A stretch of DNA of 48,055 nt from a virus (taxonomy: Duplodnaviria; Caudoviricetes). Positions within the stretch are counted from its first letter, which is position 1. Each line of letters opens with the position of its first letter. Made by a program: the position numbers and the translations under genes. Location: IMG/VR virus record IMGVR_UViG_3300037307_000569, positions 1 to 48,055 of that record; one strand, written 5' to 3'. Under the pieces are notes generated by a model, which worked only from the letters and a program-made list of their open reading frames with translations, did no database searches and was not told the origin of the DNA. Positions 42,979 to 48,055 of this stretch are shown piece by piece.

Positions 42979-43061
42979 CGTGCGCAGAATCAGGTTAATG
43001 CACCCGACTCATAATCGGAGGGGGTAATTCCCAACTGTGGGTTCGAATCCCACCGCTACCA
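42974..43061 (+). tRNA. tRNA-Met/Ile2 (CAT) with long variable arm
   Basis: CCGA-CTCATAA-TCGG, GGGG-TAAT-TCCC arm, canonical T arm. Confidence 0.82.
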
Positions 43062-43128
43062 CTTTTTTAAAGAAAACTATTGACAACCACCCATTTACCT
43101 GCCAAACTATCGCCAACAAAGGAACTTT

Positions 43129-43479
43129 ATGGGCTACACTCATTACTTCGAACAAATCGGGCAAGCGCCTACTGATCAACAATGGGAACAAATTGTCGCA
43201 GAGACCCAGCAAATCTTGCACAAATACAAGAAAATTGTTTGTTTTGAAGACGACCAACCAGACTTGCCGCCACAAGTAGACGAAAGAATCATCCGCTTCA
43301 ACGGAAAAAATGGTTTGGGCTATGAAACGTTTTTTCTCGACCGTTTTCAAAGGGGATTTGAGTTTTGCAAAACCGCTCGCAAACCATATGACGCGCCTGT
43401 TGTGGAAGTCTTGAAAGTTGTGAAAAAAATCGCTCCCACATGGCTCAAATTATCAAGCGACGGAGACGTTTTTGATTGA
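43129..43479 (+). CDS. Hypothetical phage protein
   Basis: MGYTHY...IRFNG...ETF...FCKTARKPYD...SSDG. Confidence 0.8.
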   Translation: MGYTHYFEQIGQAPTDQQWEQIVAETQQILHKYKKIVCFEDDQPDLPPQVDERIIRFNGKNGLGYETFFLDRFQRGFEFCKTARKPYDAPVVEVLKVVKKIAPTWLKLSSDGDVFD

Positions 43480-43509
43480 CAGGCACCAGACTCTTGCTAT
43501 ACTACGCCC

Positions 43510-43767
43510 ATGAAACGTGAAGGTTCCACCAAAGCCACATGCCGCCCCAACAACTACGCAAAACCAGTCAAGCCGAATCGGTTTGCGGGCCAACGCAAGG
43601 GGTTGATCGAAAGTCTGCGTAATGCCAAGACCGTTGCACAAGTTGACAAGCTGATTTCTGTCGCCAAGGAATACGAGTTCCTTTCAAAAGACACCGCCCG
43701 CAAAGCAAACAAAATCGCCACAAGCGTCCGCAATTCCCTTGTGGTAAAACAAAACAAGAAGTCGTGA
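43510..43767 (+). CDS. Small basic hypothetical protein
   Basis: Leaderless TTGACA...TATACT promoter. Confidence 0.7.
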   Translation: MKREGSTKATCRPNNYAKPVKPNRFAGQRKGLIESLRNAKTVAQVDKLISVAKEYEFLSKDTARKANKIATSVRNSLVVKQNKKS

Positions 43768-44273
43768 GCAAGATCATCCAAGGAAACATTTTCGATGGGG
43801 TATGGGACGTGATGATGCACGTTGCCAACTGCTATCACACTATGGGAGGAGGAATTGCCAGAGAAATTGCCAAACGCTTTCCCGAGGTTTATGCGGCAGA
43901 CAAGGAGACGGTTGACGATGAAACCAAACTTGGACATTATTCTTTCGCGGAAATTCCAGGTAAAAGAGTCGTCTATAACCTATACGCGCAAACAGGTATC
44001 GGAAACAACGGAGACCCCTTGAAAAGAAACTTGCGCTATGATTCCTTTTTCGACTCGTTGTTTCGCGTTTTCCGATTAGAGTGTTCGCACGCTGCTGCAA
44101 CAAAAAAAGAAACGCTAACCATTGCATTGCCATATGGAATCGGCTGTGGTTTGGCAGGAGGCAATTGGGAAATTGCCAAAAAAATCATTGACGAAGTGGA
44201 AAAAGCTGCTAAAAAGGGTCTTGTAAAGTGCAAACTCAACGTCCATATCTACAGACTTTACCCATTCAAATGA
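43764..44273 (+). CDS. Macrodomain (ADP-ribose binding/hydrolase) protein
   Basis: IIQGNIF, HVANCYHTMGGGIAREI, NLYAQ, PYGIGCGLAGGNW. Confidence 0.9.
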   Translation: MSKIIQGNIFDGVWDVMMHVANCYHTMGGGIAREIAKRFPEVYAADKETVDDETKLGHYSFAEIPGKRVVYNLYAQTGIGNNGDPLKRNLRYDSFFDSLFRVFRLECSHAAATKKETLTIALPYGIGCGLAGGNWEIAKKIIDEVEKAAKKGLVKCKLNVHIYRLYPFK

Positions 44274-44518
44274 ATAAGAAAACCAAACATGCCCGCGCCA
44301 AAGGGTTCGCCTCTCAAAAAGACCTGTTGCACAACGGCAACAAGGTCTACAAGGGCCTCTGCTGTGACACGGCTTGGAATGCTCCTGGATCAAAGCACAA
44401 AAACCGCAAGCAATACAAGCGGAACAAAGACCGTGAATTCTTTGCCAAACAAAAGCCAACAGTCGTTGATCTGATCACGTTTGAAGGCGAAACCGAATTT
44501 CTACCAAGTGAGGGTTAA
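44270..44518 (+). CDS. Small basic hypothetical protein
   Basis: ATGA overlap; HKNRKQYKR. Confidence 0.55.
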   Translation: MNKKTKHARAKGFASQKDLLHNGNKVYKGLCCDTAWNAPGSKHKNRKQYKRNKDREFFAKQKPTVVDLITFEGETEFLPSEG

Positions 44519-45152
44519 CACACGAATTTTAAGCAGAGACCGCAAACTGTTTGTTGCGGTTAGTGGCGGGATGGACAGCGTTGCCGCAGCCCATTGGTTG
44601 CGCAATAACTTCAGGCGCGATTTCAAGATCGTTCATATCAACCACGGGACAAACCCAGAATATAACGGGGCATGCGAATATAAAGTGTCCTTGCTGGCCC
44701 AATTTTTGGATGTTTCTTTAGAAATCTACAAGGGCACTTCCTTGCCAAACGCCACAGAAGATAATTTGCGGACATTAAGACTGCGAGGATTCGTCAGAGT
44801 ATGTCCGTCAGACTCTCTGATTGTAACAGCGCACCATCTGGATGACGCAGTGGAAAGCTATCTGATGAATGTCTTGCGAGGACGCGGAGAAGAAATGCCG
44901 ATCTCCGACAAGACGGAATTTGGACAATTCACAATCGCCCACCCGTTCGCCTACTCGGTCACGCGTGACGACTTTGCACAGCACATCGAAGAAAACAATC
45001 TGCATTGCTTTGTAGAGGAAGATCCTTCAAACGAGTCAGAAAAACCTTTAAGGAATTTTGTAAGGCATGTGCTGGTTGCGGAACTCAACAACCGCAAGGA
45101 TGTTTGTTTGAGGAGTATCGTGCGGGACAAATGGGGTTGGAGCGGGAAATAA
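44508..45152 (+). CDS. tilS: TilS-like tRNA(Ile)-lysidine synthetase (PP-loop domain only)
   Basis: VAVSGGMDS, HINHG, TAHHLDDAVESYLMN, EDPSN, RNFVR. Confidence 0.82.
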   Translation: MRVNTRILSRDRKLFVAVSGGMDSVAAAHWLRNNFRRDFKIVHINHGTNPEYNGACEYKVSLLAQFLDVSLEIYKGTSLPNATEDNLRTLRLRGFVRVCPSDSLIVTAHHLDDAVESYLMNVLRGRGEEMPISDKTEFGQFTIAHPFAYSVTRDDFAQHIEENNLHCFVEEDPSNESEKPLRNFVRHVLVAELNNRKDVCLRSIVRDKWGWSGK

Positions 45153-45153
45153 A

Positions 45154-45195
45154 TTGAGGTTAGATCAAAAGGTGCCCGCTCCCTTCCAACTACAA
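45154..45195 (+). repeat. 14th copy of the 42-bp element
   Basis: TTGAGGTT-N26-AACTACAA between convergent genes, followed by TTGCATCCAA. Confidence 0.8.
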
Positions 45196-45223
45196 TTCCC
45201 CAATTGCATCCAACCAGTAATCC

Positions 45224-45517
45224 TTAGTAAATTGTGTAACTTCTAACAAGCCTATCTTCTTTCGAGTTGTAGTCATTAATTACCTTGACTCTGGTGCAAT
45301 TGACCCACAAGTTTTTGTAGATATAATTGCCAACAGAAGTTTGGGCAAGGGTTGAGGGATCAAGCAAAAAATAATTTCTGCTGTGATGCGTCCAGATCAT
45401 GAAATCCTCGACGTAGCCTTGAATTTCAGTATCAAATTCAAACCCATCCCAAGCTCGCAGTTTCCCACGACCACGAGGTTTATTTAGAAGTGCTAGGATC
45501 ATATTATCAAATTCCAT
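45224..45517 (-). CDS. Hypothetical protein
   Basis: 97-aa ORF overlapping the GNAT stop. Confidence 0.6.
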   Translation of the reverse strand: MEFDNMILALLNKPRGRGKLRAWDGFEFDTEIQGYVEDFMIWTHHSRNYFLLDPSTLAQTSVGNYIYKNLWVNCTRVKVINDYNSKEDRLVRSYTIY

Positions 45518-45818
45518 ACCACACCAGAGCCTTGCCCTTGGGTGCGAATCCTTGTTTTAGATACCAGTCAACGAGTTGCTGCCCGCCTTGTTTATTTGGG
45601 TAAAGTTTGATCCCCCTTTCAGGGAACAGATACTTGAGGTAATTAATTATCCCTTTGCCGTATCCTTTTCTCCTTGCCGCTATAGGGACAAAGAGTTTGT
45701 ATATTTCTACTTCTTTGTCTGGAATCTGGGGGATTTTGGCGTAGCACGTTGCCACCCGTTCATTATTTATCAACAAGTCGTAACGTTTGGTTTCGTGCAG
45801 CCTTGTAATAGTTACCAT
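45507..45818 (-). CDS. GNAT-family acetyltransferase
   Basis: LFVPIAARRKGYGK and LVDWYLKQGF motifs. Confidence 0.8.
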   Translation of the reverse strand: MVTITRLHETKRYDLLINNERVATCYAKIPQIPDKEVEIYKLFVPIAARRKGYGKGIINYLKYLFPERGIKLYPNKQGGQQLVDWYLKQGFAPKGKALVWYGI

Positions 45819-45928
45819 GGCCAAAAATTCTTTGTATCCTCATATCTCGGGAGCTTGACTTTTCGATCCCGCCAAACGAAAATGATTCCCAAAAAGATGC
45901 CCAGCATAATCTTCAACTCCGTTTCCAT
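45812..45928 (-). CDS. 38-aa membrane peptide
   Basis: METELKIMLGIFLGIIFVWR...; fills the gap between RuvB-like and GNAT genes. Confidence 0.45.
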   Translation of the reverse strand: METELKIMLGIFLGIIFVWRDRKVKLPRYEDTKNFWPW

Positions 45929-45959
45929 GGACGAATCCTTTCAGATTTCGGGCGCATAG

Positions 45960-46913
45960 TCAAGCCCAAGTTTTACGAACTTGAAGTGCTTCTGAAAGCG
46001 CACCGATACCCTTGGCGGTAATGAAGCGCTTGCTCGTGGCATCCTTGTCAAGCATACCCAACCCCAACAGGCCGTTCTCGCCGCTGTAGAGCAGGGAGGC
46101 GCGACTCATACCAGTAGCCGCGCACAGGCCCTGCAAACTGGTCGCGCCACGCGCTTTCAGGGTCTCCAGAATGCGAATCTCCAAAGGGGTAATCCCCCAA
46201 GGGAGTACGCCCACAATCTTGCACAAATCGGCCCACTCAGCAGCACCGAAACGCGCAATCTTTTTGCTGCTGCAATACATGTTGACTTTATCCGCAATTT
46301 TCACAGCGGCCCGCGCCACACCGCGCAGCGTGTTCACAATCTTTGGCAGCACCGACCTTTCTACCGTCACATTGCAATAACCTGAGAAAATGCGGCCCAT
46401 CTCTTCATCAGTATAGAAGTCAAAAGTAATCTCATCTAATCGATTTTTAAGCGGCTCAAAAACCTTGTGACTTTCGGTTGTCGCAAAGAAAAAAGACTGT
46501 GATTCGAAGTCGAGCACCACTTCAAAACCATTGGCGGTTGACAGTCGAGCACGCTTGTCAGTGTTGACAGAAAAGAGAGTCAGAAACGCCGTTTCCAAAT
46601 CGTTTGGCAGCGCGTGACATTCATCGAAAAGAACGGTAACGGACCTATCGGCAATTTTGTTCGGGTAGATAACCTCAAAAAAATCATCCGCTTTCTTCAG
46701 AACGCCGCAGTTGATTTCGACAAACGGGCGAGGCTTGCCTTCAGAGTCGGTGAGTTTGCGGGCGAAGCGTTTGGCAAACTCGGTCTTGCCCGTGCCCTTT
46801 GGTGCCGACAAAAGCACGTTGGGCATACGCTTGGTAGCCTTCCAAGCATCATGGTAGAAAAGTAGCTGGCGCTTGACAGCAAGTTGGCCAACAAGATCTT
46901 CAAATCTCTTCAT
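45960..46913 (-). CDS. ruvB: RuvB-like AAA+ helicase
   Basis: FEDLVGQ, APKGTGKT, VLFDECH, ATT...PLKNR, RGVARAA, C-terminal winged-helix-like region. Confidence 0.8.
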   Translation of the reverse strand: MKRFEDLVGQLAVKRQLLFYHDAWKATKRMPNVLLSAPKGTGKTEFAKRFARKLTDSEGKPRPFVEINCGVLKKADDFFEVIYPNKIADRSVTVLFDECHALPNDLETAFLTLFSVNTDKRARLSTANGFEVVLDFESQSFFFATTESHKVFEPLKNRLDEITFDFYTDEEMGRIFSGYCNVTVERSVLPKIVNTLRGVARAAVKIADKVNMYCSSKKIARFGAAEWADLCKIVGVLPWGITPLEIRILETLKARGATSLQGLCAATGMSRASLLYSGENGLLGLGMLDKDATSKRFITAKGIGALSEALQVRKTWA

Positions 46914-47050
46914 GCCCCGAGTATGGATGAACGGTGGAAGAAGTCAAGCAGAATATGCTTAAAAAACAAGAGGGCCTTTCGGCCCCCCTGAACACGGCTT
47001 GCGCGGTGTTTTTGGTCTCAACTATTTTTTTAATAATTCAATTTATTTGT

Positions 47051-47341
47051 TTACTCTGGCGAGCCAAAGATTGTCTCAGCAACCCCAGCTAAAAGGATGT
47101 CGGCTCGCTCGGCCTCGGAAGGCGGGGCATCTGCGACAGTATTTAGCGAGGCGTTGTCAGATGACGGTTTCTGAGTGGCCAGAGATTGTGCTTCAATCAC
47201 GCGCTGCGCGGGCGGGGTGATTTGAACCCCCATTTCCTCCAGCCACTTACGGCTGACAGGAACGATGGTGCAGGCGTTGAAAACCTTGGCAAGATCCTCG
47301 ATCTTGACATTCGTGTATGATGTAGCTCCTTTAGTTCGCAT
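47051..47341 (-). CDS. Hypothetical protein
   Basis: MRTKGATSYTNV...VPVSRKWLE; terminator at about 46965-46990. Confidence 0.7.
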   Translation of the reverse strand: MRTKGATSYTNVKIEDLAKVFNACTIVPVSRKWLEEMGVQITPPAQRVIEAQSLATQKPSSDNASLNTVADAPPSEAERADILLAGVAETIFGSPE

Positions 47342-47400
47342 GGTTTTATGAATGTTGATGCTTTCTTAGCTTAGTTTGTGGCTGATGTCAATAACTTTCT

Positions 47401-48055
47401 TCAGTTTTTCGGCTTAACCACCAACGGTTTTGGCTCGACCGTTACCAAGCTGAACGCTTCGTTCGGATTGTAGGTGAGACGACACCCAAGATCAATCACG
47501 ATTGCCTCGATTTCCTTGCAGGAAATGTTGACCAAACCGCTTAGGGAACTCTGGATTGCCTTCAAAGTGACCATACCTTTCTTGTTCACGTAGGCTTCGA
47601 TACGATCCTTGGTTTCCTGCGTGACTTTGCCGCCACCCGCGTTTGGTTGCGGGTCTTCGCACTTAATCTCAACTTGCCCGTCTGGGGCTTGGGAAACAGA
47701 GATTGAGGAGTAGGTGACTTCATCAGCAATTTCCGCCACGACCGTATAGCGGCAGCAACGAGCCTTCTGGCACCCGCTGTCGCGTGGGATACACACCACG
47801 TCTTTTGGATCGACCTTGACGAGCACAACTTTTCCTTTACAGGTGTTTTTTGCGGTCCTAGCAAAACTTTCAGCGTAGCTGAACGAACCGACATGCAGGC
47901 CAGTCGAACAGAACACGTCTTGGTTTTTATCGACTTGATTACGCTCGACTTCGATTTCCTCGCCCACACCATTGAAGATTTCGCCGCATGCGTTGACCTT
48001 ACCTTTGCGAACAACGGTCCTAGTGTTGCCGCTAATGCTCCAAAAGTCGCTTTCC
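47401..48055 (-). CDS. rIIB: rIIB-like protein (5'-truncated by window edge)
   Basis: CSTGLHVGSFSYA...VKVDPKDVVCIP..CQKARCCRYTVVAE is the T4 rIIB core motif. Confidence 0.85.
   Translation of the reverse strand, partial: ESDFWSISGNTRTVVRKGKVNACGEIFNGVGEEIEVERNQVDKNQDVFCSTGLHVGSFSYAESFARTAKNTCKGKVVLVKVDPKDVVCIPRDSGCQKARCCRYTVVAEIADEVTYSSISVSQAPDGQVEIKCEDPQPNAGGGKVTQETKDRIEAYVNKKGMVTLKAIQSSLSGLVNISCKEIEAIVIDLGCRLTYNPNEAFSLVTVEPKPLVVKPKN

Noticed and set aside
35338-43061. Stop-codon reassignment or suppressor tRNAs
   Set aside because: No CTA, TTA or TCA anticodon found; long genes are intact in the standard code and TAG/TGA serve as stops
23273-45195. 42-bp elements as simple intrinsic terminators
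   Set aside because: A 26-nt largely unpaired interior and AT-rich arms are unlike terminators, and separate GC hairpin terminators sit right beside many copies
1-48055. Integrase, transposase, reverse transcriptase or cas genes
   Set aside because: No recognisable catalytic motifs in any ORF of this window

Overview
A 48-kb segment of a large tailed dsDNA phage genome (standard genetic code) in four blocks. (1) 1-22 kb: virion and late genes (tail-tube-like, major capsid, decoration, protease/scaffold, portal, terminase), an ERCC4-like nuclease, a phage sigma factor, PhoH, GAF, HNH, SPFH, a PduO-like protein and an intein-containing class II ribonucleotide reductase. Many of these starts are preceded by a (G/A/T)TGTAA motif. 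(2) 22-24.5 kb: a repeat-rich, low-coding zone (G-tracts, CTAACnGTTAG palindromes, 10-bp tandem repeats) that may be a genome terminus or origin. (3) 23-35 kb: small early genes, nearly all leaderless, separated by 13 of 14 co-oriented 42-bp elements (8-bp inverted arms, invariant 26-bp spacer). (4) 35-43 kb: 33 tRNAs covering all 20 amino acids, a tmRNA and many unexplained structured or tRNA-like RNAs, followed by macrodomain, TilS-like, GNAT, RuvB-like and rIIB-like genes. The best candidates for undescribed systems are the 42-bp element array, the tRNA scaffolds with rebuilt anticodon domains (one displays an anti-Shine-Dalgarno sequence), a double-SD minigene transcript in an otherwise leaderless genome, and a three-copy WUACAGCAA RNA motif. 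All calls come from reading the sequence by eye; no searches or folding programs were run.
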